Assembly: GCA_951406725.2 (NCBI GenBank) | Contig: OX597822.1 | Span: 58,590,001 to 58,654,000 of the forward strand | Origin: Octopus vulgaris | Taxonomy: Eukaryota | Length of the DNA stretch: 64,000 bases | Direction: 5' to 3' | Part shown: positions 24,103-38,408 of the stretch, piece after piece | How the letters are laid out: every line of letters starts with the position of its first letter | Numbering within the stretch: the stretch's first letter is position 1 | Translations under genes and position numbers: made by a program | Notes under the pieces: generated by a model | Seen by the model: the letters and a program-made list of their open reading frames with translations, nothing else | Database searches by the model: none | What the model was told of the DNA's origin: nothing

Positions 24103-25830
24103 TTCTGGTTAAATTGTCTGATAGAAGTACATCAACATTTAGCTGCATCTCTAAATGATGTTATCCAGAACCCAGAGCAAATACCCGCCTGGCTGACTGA
24201 TGGAACAACATACCGTCTACCAAAACCTGAAGACACAAAAAGTTCCAAAGAACTACCGACCGATAACATGTCTCAGCACCACCTACAAGACCCTCACATC
24301 CATATTAACTGACAGAATATACGCTTTCCTTGGACAGAGATCTATCCATCCACAAGCTCAAAAAGGCTGTAAAAGGAATGGGTGCAAAGATCAATTACTC
24401 ATAAGTAAAATGACTGTAGAGAATTGCCGGAGCAAAAAGAAAAACCTGAATATTGCATGGATAGACTACAGGAAAGCGTATGATAGTGCCCCACATAATT
24501 GCATACTCAAGGCCCTTGAAACATATAAGATCTCTCCTGTCATCTCCAAATTCTTAGAAGGTAGCATGGCCAAGTGGACAACACGTCTTCTTCTAAACCA
24601 TAGTAATGGGATGATCCAAACTAACAACATCAACATCAAACGAGGCATCTTACAAGGTGATTCCTTCTCCCCATTACTTTTTTGCATGGCCCTGATCCCA
24701 CTCTCAAATGAACTAAATAACACCAGGTATTGGTTCAAAGTTTACAATACGACAATAAACCATCTGTTTTATATGGACGGGCTAAAGCTGTTTGCGAGAA
24801 ATTACGAAGAGCTAGTAGGGCTGCTAACAACTGTTAAAGAATTCAGCAGCGATAAGTGTGCTAAAGCAACTTGTGATAGAGGCGAGCTGAAGCTAACAGC
24901 TTTCATTAAATTAGATGCCGACACTACTATCAAGGAGCTTGACCCACAAGAAAATTACAAATACATGGGGATAAACGAAGGAGATGGTATACTACATGCT
25001 GCTATAAAAGAAAAAATAAGACAAGAATATTACAGGAGAATAAAACTCGTACTAAAAGCTGAACTCAACTCTAAAAATCACATCGACACCCTGGCACTTC
25101 AAGTATTCCAATATAGTTTTAACATCATTAACTGGAATCTTACAGAGCTCCAACGCCTGGACAGGAAGACATGAAAAATACTGACTTCTAAGAACATGCA
25201 CCACCCAAAAGCAGATGTTGATCGTCTGTAGCTACCTAGAAGTAATGGGGGAAGAGGAATGATGCTGGTAGAACTGGTAAAACCTCCACAATAGCAATGA
25301 ACAGGTACTTATCTAGTACAGAGGATTGGACACTGCGACTTGTGTGCAAATACGAAAGCAGCAAAAAAAAAAACACATTCAGTTGTCAAGGAAGCTTGCA
25401 AATTCACAAGGGAACTTGGCATTAACTCTGAAGTAGTTGAAGAACCTGAAACCACTGCCACAAAACAAGCAGAATGTATCAAGCAGACTGCAAAAAAGAA
25501 CAGGCAGAAACAAATTGAGGAGGGATGGAGCCTGAAGCCTCTGCATGGACAGTATATACTTCGAAGTCGAAATGCTGATGTAGATCAAGCAACAACCCAC
25601 TAGCGGCTGAGAAGTTCAGGACTGAAAGCAGAAACTGAAGGTTTCATATTGGCGGCACAAGACCAAAGCTTGCTCACAAAAAATTACCAGGTTAACGTTC
25701 TTCAAAACGGTTATGACCCTAAATGCAGATTCTGCGAAACATTTGACGAAACAATAGACCATCTCGTCTCGGGAATGTCCTGTGCTGACACCAAACGAAT
25801 ATAAAAATCGTCACGATAGGGTAGGTCAGG
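24102..25830 (+). pseudogene. R4/Dong-clade LINE RT region, truncated at both ends
   Basis: ORF 24200-25174: NYRPITCL, AWIDYRKAYDS, GILQGDSFSPLLF, HLFYMDGLKLF (YMDD decayed), YKYMG; then PLHGQY, AETEGFILAAQDQ, CRFC..ETIDHL, RHDRVGQ. Confidence 0.9.
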
Positions 25831-25879
25831 GTAGGCCCGTTCACTTGCACAAGTCTCGTTACTCTCATCCATCTATCAG

Positions 25880-26390
25880 TGAAATAGCTAGAAGGCAGCA
25901 CGTCTCACCCGTGCTAGGTTCTTTAGCCACTTTCTCTATGATGTATCGCATGAGGTAGAAGTTGAGTGGATGAATCTTTTCGGGATGGCGCATGTCTGCG
26001 CTTCACTACCAGATAATCCTCTACAAGCACCAAGCTCGTTGCTAATATCTTGGCCAAAATTTTGAACTCTGCATTTAGCAGAGTTATGGACCTAAAATTA
26101 TCAATATAGTCTCTCTTGTTCTGGTCTTTTCTCGGCAATGCCACCGCTCCTCGGTTCACAACACTAGAAATTCTCCCATTCTGTTGCCGGTCGCAGTAAA
26201 CGTTTGCCAAGAAGTCGCAGAACAAGTCTGGTATGTAAGCGTAAAGCTCGTAGAGCAGAACATCCAAACCAGGCGATTTATCACTTGTGCAGTTAGTCAT
26301 TGCTTCCTGTATTTCAGGGGTTGTTATCGACCTTTCGCAGTATTCTGTCTCCATTCGCCACAGCAGTCCGTCGAAGTAGGAATAGTTTTA
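25880..26390 (-). pseudogene. Fragment of a diverged Tx1-clade ORF2 (RT N-terminal part)
   Basis: KSPGLDVLLYELY..PDLF..QQNGRISSVVNRG..NFRSITLLNAEFKILAKIL aligns by eye with ORF2 at 43877 (KSPGLDGLPYEFY..PDLFG..QQNGRIPSSVSRG..NYRPITLLNVELKILAKVL). Confidence 0.88.
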
Positions 26391-27957
26391 TTTGCTTTCT
26401 GTGTTTTCCTGACTATATAAGAAATCAGTTGAGAGCTATTGTTACCATATAATATGTCTGAGGCTGGCGACAGTATCTCACCTGACCGAATTGTCACCAC
26501 CGATAACAGGATGTGGTTGATAAAATTGAAACGACGCCAAATATTGACGTCACCAAGTGAATTCAAACACATGAGCCCCGATAACGGCAGACATATTAAG
26601 AGATGATCCAATATGTGAATATATAAATATGTATAAACGTGGGCATATGATTATGGGTAGATATGATTATGAATACTTATATATACGTGTTAGGGTGTGT
26701 GTTTGCTACATAGACAACTACAGAAGGAAGCTTTAGAATACAATCAGATGAGTTCCGAGAATTTCTGAGATAACGTTGATAGGCAGGGGAGTGGGGATCA
26801 CTTGAAGAGGTGGAGTTCAAGTTCAAGCGGGATGTCAAGGGGCTATAAACAAATTGGGACACAGACATAACTCTGTGGTTATGAAGTTTGCTCTACTACT
26901 TGATTTCGTGTGTGATACAACAGCGCGGTAGCTGTAATAGCTGTCTTCTACTATAGCCTCGAAATGGTAAGTTCATAGCTTTTGATCTCTGCATTCTGAG
27001 ATCATATCTTGCTGAAGTCAACTTTGTCTTTCATGCTTTCAAGGGTCGAAGAAAAATCGCCAATCCATAGTGGTGGATTGGCAGAACTGTAAGAATGTCG
27101 GATCAAATGCCTTGCTGTACGAGTAATTTGTTCCAACTATCTGAATTCCAAATCAAATTTCGCCTAGGTACCCACCCCCACCAAAGTATCCTCACGAACC
27201 TGCATGCCTAACATGGTGAGTAAGGCAAAATACTTGAAACAGATGTCTACCTATCGCTTCTGGTGGGCTGCCAGGATCAAAACCATTTTCCCCCAAGCGC
27301 TCCTGTTTCTCGTGATACTTTTCAGGTCTTCTACCAGTCCAAAATAGATGATGCTGGACAAGGTTGAGAGACGGGTTCCTCCGACTGCAGTGACGTGTAT
27401 GTACCCTAGTGAATGAATGATGGCGGTAACCTCAGGATGACTAGATATTTGTGAATGATATTTAGAGGGTAAACACGGTGTAGAATGTCATGCAGAGGAC
27501 CAATTCTGTGTAACACCACACAAGGTCTTTCGGGATGTTTTTTAGTAGAGTCCACTCACTTGCAAACATTTGGGTTGGATTCCTGTCTGAGAATAATTTC
27601 ATTCCTTTCTCTTGTCAGTCACGAATACTTTAAAAAAGTCATCGGTGCTAATTTACGTCGGTTTACTACGCTAATTTTTTTAAAATGGTTTCTCATTAAA
27701 ATAAAATGTTTCATACATGTATTAATATAATATATACGCATACGACTTTTCTGCTGATCGATAATGCGTGTTTCAGTTCCAGCCTCTTTCAGTATTTTAG
27801 GTAGCATTTTGGGTGTGGTGCTTGTGCACCAATTACTCATACATGTATTAGAATAATTTTTTTATTCAGAAAAACCAAATAAATTAAAAAAAATATTTGT
27901 GATGTGTTCTAATGTCCCTACAACATTTTATAGATTGGAATATTTATAAAGAGTAAG

Positions 27958-28170
27958 ATGGTGAGCTGGCAGAATCGTTTGCACACCTAGCGAAATGCTT
28001 ACCGGCATTTTGTCCGTCTTCATGTTCTGAGTTCAAATTCCACCGAGGTCGACTTCACCTTTCATCCTTCCGGGATCGATGAAATAAGTACCAGTTGAGT
28101 ACTGGGGTCAATGCAATCGACTTACCCCTTTCCTGAAATTGTTGGCCTTGTGTCAAAATTTTGAAACCAA
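27958..28170 (+). mobile_element. Meta-domain SINE
   Basis: GAGCTGGCAGAATCG head and GTCGACTTCACCTTTCATCCTTCC block. Confidence 0.8.
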
Positions 28171-28239
28171 TGTTTATGAAGAGTGGGTGAGAATAACTTC
28201 TAGTTGTGACGTTAAAGTGCATATATATATTGGCCGACG

Positions 28240-29712
28240 GATCGAGAAGGTTGTATTCTGATAGAGTTATACACGCCAACAGATGGCAGCACATGATTGC
28301 GTGCGCAGTGAGAGCTAGCAGTGACTTTCATGAGGCAGTGTGCCAAAGTGAACCGCTGTGTTTACTTCGCAAGTTGTTGTGAAGTAAACATATGATGCAT
28401 TTATTTGCTACTATTGATGGTTTTGTGATGACAAGATTCACCATACAATCTGATGCAAAAAAAAAAATGGCGGCGAGCTGGCAGAAACGTTCTGAGTTCA
28501 AATTCCGCCAAGGTCGACTTTGCCTTTCAGCCTTTCGGGGTCGATTAAATAAGTACCAATTACGCACTGGGGTCGATATAATCTACTTAATCCGTTTGTC
28601 TATCCTTGTTTGTCCCCTATGTGTGTAGCCCATTGTAGGTAGTAAAAAAAAAAAAAGTTGTGAAATTTGTATTTTTGCGATTACGTGTGAGGCTGTAGTC
28701 TGCTATTTTGTCATGGACAGGAACAAAGAACTAACGCGAAATTTTGCGTTAAACTTGGGAAGTCTGGTACAGAAACATTGAGCATGCTTCGGAAAGTTTA
28801 AGGAGACGAAACAATGGGTCGTATGCCATATTTCATGTGACATGGGCGCTTCAAAAGCGAAAGAACGTCTCTGAAAGACGATGAGCTATCCGGAAGACCT
28901 GTCACGGGATTCACCCAAGAAATGTGGTATTGTGCATCGAGACTTTGTTCCTCAGGTTCAGACCGTCAATCGAGAGTTCTAGTACGACGTTTTGAAGCGT
29001 TTGAGGGAGGGCATTCGGCAAAAGCGATCGGATCTGTGGAGCGCGAAGAAGTGGGTTCGTCACGACAATGCACCCTGTCACCGACCTCTCTTCACTCGTG
29101 AATTTCTCGCCAAAAGCGACATGGTATCGCTTCTGCACCCGCTCTATTCGCCATATTTAACACCTGCGGACTTCCATCTTTTCCCCAAGACGAAAATGCA
29201 GTTCAAAGGCCGCCGTTTTAATACCGTTGTCGAGATCCGGAGCGAATCGCAGAAGGTCCTCGACTCGCTTACGGAAAACGACTTCCAGGCCGGATTCCAA
29301 AAGTGACAGGAATGCTGTAATTGGTGTATTGCTGTGTAAGGTGACTATTTCGAAGGAAATGATGTTAAAACCTAAGTAAATAAGTTAGTTTTTATTAAGC
29401 ACGAGCAAAACGCCCCCATCCAATGGACGGTGTTGAGTTGTCAAACATTTAAACCAAATTTTCTCAAAACAACTTGTCCGACCGTCCCATAGACATCCCC
29501 TTTGCGAAACATTGATTTAACCTAAAGAAATAAAGATAGACTTTTTTTAAGCACTTGCGCGTAAAAATGCACGTTCCCACGGCTTTATCGATCGCATTCT
29601 CACCTGGAATCGATTTTTGTAATTTTTCAAGACTTATACACGCCCTGATACCGTCGTTATCTACATATCAAATTTGAGCGCAATCGGATGGAGGATGCCC
29701 AAGATCCTAGAA

Positions 29713-29770
<58 letters not shown>

Positions 29771-29831
29771 AAGAAAACAGATTTTATATAATAGATAATT
29801 AGTCCTGGAACTTTCTGATATCACCACGTAA
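28240..29831 (+). mobile_element. Degraded, internally deleted mariner transposon with nested SINE (28468-28645) and Helitron-like insertion (~29400-29797)
   Basis: N-terminal FCVKLGKSGTETL..RFK..LKDDELSGRP at 28713-28900; HDNAPCH and LHPLYSPYLTPADFHLFPK; putative right TIR GTCCTGGAACTTTCTGATATCACCACG+TA at 29802-29831; left boundary uncertain. Confidence 0.82.
29400..29797 (-). mobile_element. Non-autonomous Helitron/Helentron-like element
   Basis: Minus strand starts TCTATATATATAAAATCTG, then (TG)n and CCGATTGCGCTCAAATTTG, same architecture as 62794-63176. Confidence 0.6.
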
Positions 29832-30807
29832 TATTTCACTGACGGTATTTAATGTTTTGTAACACTGTTCAGCGAGGTGTAAATAGTTTCCATGAAATTT
29901 ATTGTTTTATTGTTGTTGTTGTTGTTGTTGCTTAGCCTCAAGTTAGTCCTAATCCAGCAAATCTACAATTTAAGCTGTATCAGCTGTGAACCTTCCCACT
30001 TTTTTAAAAATGATTTTTTATCATATATAGCATATCTAGAAATGCGTCATCCAATGTGTACCTCTTTATTTTAGCTGATAGAGTTGTATTTCAGGGAGAT
30101 TTGGTTACTATTTCTGCTCGATTGCGAGGGTACGTGGCCTAGAACAATGTTGTAGGTGAAGCTGGAAAGAAGCGGTGTCATGTCAATTTACAAACAGTGA
30201 GCAAATGAAATTCGGTGACGTCATGAAATATCTTGATGTCTTTAATGATGATGTAGGTGGGTCTACATCGAGCAATATATAAGAATTTCACGTCTCTCAA
30301 TGATCTCATTTACTCGTAAGACAGAATTCAAATCTCTTTACACATGAACCAGGATAAGTGTATGAGAAAACACCCCCAGTGAATATTTTTTTCTTTTTCT
30401 TTTTTGTAGAAGGATATCTTTTCCTTTGATGTAAACTGGGCCAATAATCATTCAACGATAAATCTGATTAGAAAAACTCAAGCCGTTGTTTTTATTTGTT
30501 ATATGTTCTTGAGATAAATAAAATATTTGCAACAATCATCATCATCATCATCATCATCGACAACGACGACGACGACAACAACAACAACAACAACAACACA
30601 TTGGTGAGAAAAACGTGAATTTGAACACAATTTGACGAATTAACAACATACGTTTAATATATATGTGTATGTGCGTGCGTGTGTGTGTGTGTATGTGTGT
30701 GTATGTATGTATGTATGGCTGTATGTATGTATGTATGAATGTATGTATGTATGTATGTGATTTCTGAGATTTCTGAGATTTCTGAAGATTTCTGAGTACC
30801 TTATTTC

Positions 30808-30855
<48 letters not shown>

Positions 30856-31213
30856 ATAGAGAAGAAGAAACGAAACGAAACCAAACGAATCGAATCGACG
30901 CGAAGGCGCTCAGTATACAATATAATAAATAAAATATATGCATACATATATATGTATATATATATATATATATATGGATAGATGATAAATAGACAGGTAA
31001 GTAGACAGATAAAATATACATATATACATTAGGTACAGGCGTGGCTGTGTGGTAAGAAGTTTGCTTCCCAACCATATGGAACTCGACTGAGAATAGAAAA
31101 CTCCGAATGACCCATCCTTGTTTTATTTGTATCGTCTGTCTTGATGTTTTGCGTTCTTGTCTCGTTTTGTATTTTTTATATATAAAACATATAGCAGCGT
31201 ACGTACGCTTTGG

Positions 31214-31254
<41 letters not shown>

Positions 31255-31277
31255 AATACATACATATATATATATAT

Positions 31278-31475
31278 AGTTAATCCAAACATGAAAACAC
31301 AAAGAGAAAATACAACGACGCGAGGACGTGGACAAGTATAGTATTATTGGACGCTCAGGAAAGAAGGAAAGAAGGAGGGTTTAACGTTTCGAGCGGAGCT
31401 CTTCATCAGAAACATAGGAAAAGGAAAGATCCAAAGAAGGGAAGACGGAGGAAAAAACAATCGCCAACGGTACAC
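31278..31475 (-). mobile_element. Short PLE-like repeat with minimal hammerhead (family B)
   Basis: Minus strand GTTT-CTGATGA-A-GAGCTCCGCTC-GAAA-CG-TT-AAAC (~31379-31413); homologous to 9278-9470. Confidence 0.72.
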
Positions 31476-31516
31476 ACGCGGTCACATTGGAGAAATAAGC
31501 TATATTAAATCTCCGG

Positions 31517-31755
31517 GTGAGATGTAAACAGTAGCAATAAGGAATCGTAATATATAATTGCCAACCAAGTGTGGCGTCCTATACAGAACATTGCTACTGG
31601 CATTTATAGCGACAGGAAGACATCTCTTCCAGCTGGCTAACGACACACATTCTGTGTCCGGGCTATAAACACCAGTAGCACTGTCCTGTATAGGACGCCA
31701 CACGTGGTTGGCAATGATACGTTACGATTCCGTATTGCTACTGTTTATATCTCAC
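31517..31755. mobile_element. Fold-back MITE with ~95-bp inverted arms
   Basis: GTGAGATGTAAACAGTAGCAATA..TTGCCAACCA..GTGTGGCGTCCTATACAG / CTGTATAGGACGCCACAC..TGGTTGGCAA..TATTGCTACTGTTTATATCTCAC. Confidence 0.8.
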
Positions 31756-32414
31756 GCTATTATTATTTTACCTATTATCACTTCTGTTGCCAGCAGATGA
31801 TAAAAAAAAACCTTCCTATTTTCTTTTTTGGTGAGGATATACTCAATGTGAGCATTATCGTTTAAAAACACTAAAGTGAACTGGATTAACCATTAAACAA
31901 CATAAGCAAGTGGTTAAGGCACCGACGCAGAGAGGAAACCATAGAGTTTTTCTCAATGCCGGATTTATTTTGGTGCAAATTATAACTATGAAAAGAAAAT
32001 TAATAAAAAGCAAGTCGAAAATTTGCATTTTTTCCTCGTAACCCTAATTATATATAAGTTAAGTAATTAACTTATATTGTTTACAGCTATTTAGTGGTAA
32101 GTAAATAAAATTAACTAACAGGCTATGTTTAATATGGGTCTAGCCTGATAGAGGTCTTGGAACAAAACTGAATTTTTAAGCAATTATATATCACATTTAG
32201 CTGTAATTATGACTTAATGAATTGTCAGACAATACAAATATCGAGGTTCATAATTATTGAGTTATGGTTATATTAATCTAGCATGACAAGATATGATTTA
32301 AGGAAATTTTTTTGTTATTGCTAGTGGGTCGAATGAGGCTCCTTCATTTAGTTGGTTTGCAAATATACTAAATGCAAGTTTGATCATCCTTAGTGTCCCA
32401 AGACGTCGGTGATT

Positions 32415-32505
<91 letters not shown>

Positions 32506-33770
32506 TATATATACAGTTATATCCCTACGTTAAGGATACATATATCTTTAGTTTTATTGGTTAGTGGTTAGCTGCTTGGATTATGATTCGCATTAATTAG
32601 TTTTGTTCTTAAGAATCATCAGGGATCATTGATTTATTCTGTAAATGATTTGGTTCGGAAGATTGGGGCTTTTGTAGGACCGCGGTAACTTCTGCCCTGC
32701 AAACTGCCAAAGGAAAGTAGCGTAAATTTACATATTTACAATAACCAATAAGATTGTGAATGGCACAATTCACAAGGATTATGAAGATCATAACTCTTAT
32801 AAGCGGCATAAATCCTATGAATGATGATTCTACTCGGATAAATTAACATTCCAGGCTCTCAATAGAGCCTGTCATTTAACCGTAAAGACCTCATCTCACA
32901 ATGATACTAAATATATGATTTAGAATTTTAGGTATTAGAAAGCGAGAATCACGAACATAAAATGTTGTTCTATTAAAAAATGTATATATATATATAATTG
33001 TACAGAAAACTAACAATTTACGAAAGGAAGAAAATAAAAATCTTCCTGAATGCTACAAAATATTTCAATCCGATTGATTGTAGTTTTTCAAGAAATATAT
33101 ATTGTTGATGTGGGTTACACTTCATCACAAGTTAAAATCAAAGAGTTCTACCATAAAAAAAACACTCTTTCTGCTTCGATTGACTTTGACAATCAGAATT
33201 GAAGGCAAGAAACAGTTTCTACAAGTTAAAACTTCTATAAGCAGTAATTTTAAACTCTTCCCTCTCTTTGACATTAAAAAAAAAACAACCCATTATATAT
33301 TTGATTGTTGATTGTTTTCAGTAAGTTCCTTAATAGTGCCATTCTTGATCGTTTTCAGCAGCTTCGTCAATGATATCATTTAATCTCTATAGTAGAGACA
33401 TTTCTTTTGACGGAGTGAATACTTCAACTGGAAATTGGGGATTCTTTGACAAAATGACGAAGATTCGTCCATACATTTTTCTTTGCGGCGTTTTATAGTT
33501 AAGTTTCTGATGGTAAAACCAGAAATGAGTCAAGTGTTTCGAAATTTATAGAAAGCATTAGTTAAATACTTCACCAATCCATCCAGGTTTTATTCCTCTG
33601 CTGTTCTATTTTCTTGACTCACTCTCCGGCAAGAGAGACGTTAGGGGTTATTTTGTCGATTCAATTCTCTCAGAATAAAAGCAAATATGTCTTTTGCAAG
33701 AATCAGAGCTTGACCTGGTTTTTTTCCCCCTTCACCATAATTTTTCAACTTCAATTTTAATTCGTTTCAA

Positions 33771-33862
33771 TACCCTAACCCTAACCCTAACCCTAACCCC
33801 AACCCCAACCCCAACCCCAACCCCAACCCCAACCCTAACCCTAACCCTAACCCTAACCCTAA
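33771..33862 (-). repeat. Interstitial telomere-like (TTAGGG)n/(TTGGGG)n array
   Basis: (CCCTAA)n flanking (CCCCAA)n on the plus strand. Confidence 0.9.
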
Positions 33863-34070
33863 ATTCATTAGTGAATAAAACAGATGTAATGTTAGTAGTA
33901 GTGGTAGTAGTAGCAGTAGTAGCAGCAGCAACAGCAACAGTAGTAGTAGTAGCAACAGCAGTAATACTGTTAGTAGTAAATTAGTTTTTAATGTTCCTTG
34001 CATTAACTTATTGACAACATTGACTTACTAAAGACTATTAAATACATGCATGCATACATACATACATACA

Positions 34071-34116
<46 letters not shown>

Positions 34117-34674
34117 CCTAACCATGTGTTTACTAAAAATATATTTAGTCTTACAATAAAATTAGTTACCAGGATTAAGTCACGGCGATTTTCAACGGCT
34201 TCGAATGAGGTTCTGATTAATTTAATTTCTCTGATGATTCATTAGGGAACACTTACCTCTACTTCCCAAACTGTCAAAAGAACGCAGTGAAGAAATACTA
34301 AAAACATAAGAAGATTGTGAATGACGTAGCTCATTTACATAAAGGTACATGGCTGATACTGTAGTATTAGAAACTACAAATAAAAGCTTTCTCAATTTCC
34401 CGGAACTCACCATTTCGAGAAACAGAGAGCATAAAGCAAAAACAAAAAAATTTTGTGCTCACGCTAATTTTCCGGCAAAATTTTTTTATCTTTTGTCTTT
34501 GACGTGTTTCAGTCATTGGACTGCGGCCATGCTGGGGTAGTGCTTTGAAGGGTTCAGTCGAACAAGTCGACTCTTAGTACTTATTTAAAAAAAAAAACCT
34601 AGTATTTATTCTGTTGGGCTCTTTTGAGGAATCGTTAAAATTTGGGAATGTAAACAAACCAATACCGCAGTAAA

Positions 34675-35005
34675 GAAATAAGTATTTCGTTTGCCGCTAC
34701 GTTGTGGGTTCAAACACCGCCGAGGTTGACTTTGCCTTTCATTCTTTCGGGGTCGATTAAATAAGCACCAGCTACGCATTGGGGTTGATGCAATCGACTT
34801 AATCCGTTTGTCTGTCCTTGTTTGTCCTCTCTGTGGGTAGTAAAGAAATAGGTATTTCGTCTGTCTTTACGTTCTGAGTTCAAATCTGCCGAGGTCGACT
34901 TTGCCTTTCATTCTTTGGGAGTCGATAAATTAAATACCAGTTGCGTACTGGTGTCGATCAAATCGACTGGTCCCCTCCCCCAAAATTTCTGGTCTTGTGC
35001 CTAGA
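34675..35005 (+). mobile_element. Two tandem 5'-truncated Meta-domain SINEs
   Basis: GTAAAGAAATA(A/G)GTATTTCGT junction occurs twice; Meta block twice. Confidence 0.8.
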
Positions 35006-35019
35006 GAAGAGGAGGCTAT

Positions 35020-35447
35020 TATTGTTACTATTGTTGTTGCTGTTTGTTTGTTTGTTTGAGCGAAGCGGTCTTCGTCCCAGAGCTCACAAGATCGCGCCCC
35101 AGGATTGTCTGTAGTGGGAGAAGTCTGAAACATGGTCCTTTGCTATTCATAAGACCCGCAGAAGAGAAAGCGGGTCAACCCCCGACACCGAGAGCATCGA
35201 CGGATGGATGAATGCGCATCCAGGTTCAGCGGTTGCGGAGGAAGTCGGGGACAAGAAACAGGAAGAAAGAGTGAGAGAAAGTTGGAGCGAAATAGTACAA
35301 CAGGTGTCGCCACCACCCACTACCGGAGCCTCATGGAGCTTTAGGTGTTTTCACTCAATAAACACACACATCGTCCGGTCTGGGAATCGAAACCGCAATC
35401 CTCCGACCGCGAGTCCGCTGCCCTAACCACTGGGCCATTGCACCTTC
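35020..35447 (-). mobile_element. tRNA-derived SINE (head as 2515, different tail ending (AAAC)n)
   Basis: GGGAATCGAAACCGC..GCGAGTCCGCTGCCCTAACCACTGGGCCATTGC is the reverse complement of the 2515 head. Confidence 0.82.
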
Positions 35448-36039
35448 ACTGCTGTTGCTGTTGATATTGCTGTTGTTGTTGCTGTTCTTCTTCTTCTACT
35501 TCAACACACGCCCTTCTCATACACATATATATGCATACCTACACACGTCTACACATACATACATACATACATACATACATACATACATACATACATACAT
35601 ACATACATGCATGCATACATACAGATATATATATATATATGCGCGTATATAAATGCACGCAGACATACACACACACTCATACACACACAAACACACACAC
35701 ATACATACTAACACATACGCACACACATATATGTGTATACATGTATGTATGTATGTATCTGAGTGTGTGCGTGTGTGCATGTGTGCATGTGTACGTGCGT
35801 ATGTGCATTACTTGAAAAACATATGCCTTCCGTTCAGCTGTGTTGATTTCCGTTAGATTTTACTTTTCACACAAGCAGACGATAATTTATCTGTGACTTC
35901 CATTTCACGAGATTGTTCTGGAAGCTTCTTACTGTCGAAATTTGACGGTTGCTGATGGCGGCAGCAGTATTCTACAAAGGTTGATAACTTTTAATGTTAA
36001 TATTTTTTTATGCATTGCGACTGTCACAAAAGCGTGGGA

Positions 36040-36188
<149 letters not shown>

Positions 36189-36219
36189 GTTTAATGGTTA
36201 GCGATCTATCGTGGCGAAA

Positions 36220-36302
<83 letters not shown>

Positions 36303-36531
36303 AAGAAAGACAGAGAGAGAGAGATGACTAGATAACTCGACAGACGATTAGACATTGAGACTGAGAGATTGATAGATAATTAAATAAATGCTTAGACAGA
36401 TGTGTGTGTTGTGTGCGTGTGTGTATATATATATATATTACAAAATTAGAGAATGGAGAAACATACTTAAATCAATAAAACATCAACTATCCGATGTATC
36501 CCATGGTGGGTTGAATTTTCAACCCCTATCT

Positions 36532-36605
<74 letters not shown>

Positions 36606-36731
36606 TGATATGAGATCAAACATAAAATTCGAGTTAACGACTTTATATAACACGCTTCCATACATTTGATCATATATAAATATTTCCATAGCTTCACAAC
36701 ACATAAAAAGAATATATATATAAAAACACAG

Positions 36732-37340
36732 ACATTCGTCCCCAGCCACCTGGATTACTGCTCACAGCTATGGTCACCCATCAGTGTAAAATTAACAGCA
36801 GACCTTGAAGCAATCCAGAGAAGATTCACAAAGAAGATCGTCTTTTTGCAACAGCTTAGCTACTGGGAAAGGTTGAAACAGCTAAGACTCTACTCCCCGG
36901 AGAGAAGATGGGAGAGGTATGCAGTAATGTATACCTGGAAGATCCTGGAAGGAATTGAGCCAAATTTTGGCAGTGAAAGCTACACCAGTGCCAGAACGGG
37001 ACGACACTGCATTGTGCCAAAGATCCCAGCAACGCCATCACGCTTCAGGGCCAGTTACTGCAACAGCCTGGGTTTCAAGGGCCTACAGCTTTTTAATATT
37101 CTCTCAAAGAGTCTGAGGAACCTGCACAAAGTAGATGTAGGGGATTTTAGATCAAAGCTGGACCACTTCCTGTCGAGAGTCCCTGATGAACCTACCTCAC
37201 GACAAGAGGTGCAAATGAGGGTAGCTATATCAAACTCCATTCTTCACCAAGTGCCACAAAGTAGAGGAGGCTCTTAGTAATAACAGTGCAGCAAAGCGGC
37301 GGTGCATCAGCATGGCCGCAGCTCTGAGCTGAAACTGGAG
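36732..37340 (+). pseudogene. 5'-truncated CR1/L2-group LINE 3' end
   Basis: HLDYCSQLWSP, LEAIQRRFTK, LSYWERLKQLRLYSPERRWERY, FRSKLDHFLSRVPDEP. Confidence 0.88.
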
Positions 37341-37422
37341 TAGACAAAAAGTAAAAATATATATCTACATAAAAAATACAAATATATAGAAACAGATTAT
37401 CAAGAAGGTATATACTAAAAAT

Positions 37423-37529
<107 letters not shown>

Positions 37530-37756
37530 AAGTTTTTACTCCCCTCAATTAAAAATATATTAAAATAGTTCGTTTCATAAAAACCATGGATGTTGAAGTC
37601 CAAGGAGCGTAAGAGAATTCCACAAAATCAAGTTAAGACATATCTATGGCCATTTCGGGAGTTCACTGCCGCGGTCCGATTACTAGTCATTTCATTTGAG
37701 CACTCCTTTTTTGTAGACCTATGAACCCTTTTGTCTCCATAAAAAGAGGCAAAAAT

Positions 37757-37799
<43 letters not shown>

Positions 37800-38376
37800 A
37801 TAAAACGACTTCAATGGTAGGTCTAATCAGTTTAATTTATTATTTTCTAGTTTTTAGTAATATTGATTTTACACTTTAGTTCGTAGATAGTAAGTTCTTT
37901 GTTAACTTAGGTAGGGAGATTTAAAAAAAATTCCTTGTTAACTTGTGATTCTATATATGGGATTTGGGTGTGCTTGAAGTGGGGTTTAGGCTTGTTAATC
38001 AGTGTGGGAGTGAAAGGGTGTTGATGAATAAGAGCTGAAAGGAAATAGTGAATGGTCAAACAAGATACTTGATTAGGGGTGGAGTTGGGAGGTGGTGGGT
38101 TGTTAAAGAAGTGTTTTATGAAGCCTTTTGCATAGCTGACCTTTAGTGAAAAATATAACGGTCAGATGTTTTTCCAAATTCTTTCTCTTAGTAATTTTCT
38201 GTTTTAGGTGTTTGACTGGGGTGGTGGTGTTAATGATGCATGTCTTGATAAAAAAATGTTTTTTTTATATATTAGTTTGGGAAGGAAGGCGAGGGAGATC
38301 ATGCTCGCTCACATATTTACTTCCCTACATATAATAGACAAAAGGTATATATACATCTCTCGCTCTCTCTCTCTTG

Positions 38377-38408
<32 letters not shown>

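Noticed and set aside
30790-30812. TCTGAGTACCTTATTTCTTCTAATATATA (also ~54670) resembling part of the Tx1 target
   Set aside because: Only CTGAGTACC is shared; it looks like the end of an unrelated small repeat
34250-34415. Minus-strand donor-like sites (GGTAAGTG, GGTGAGT) and a possible 14-nt microexon
   Set aside because: Not frame-preserving and no recognisable protein; cannot be supported without RNA data
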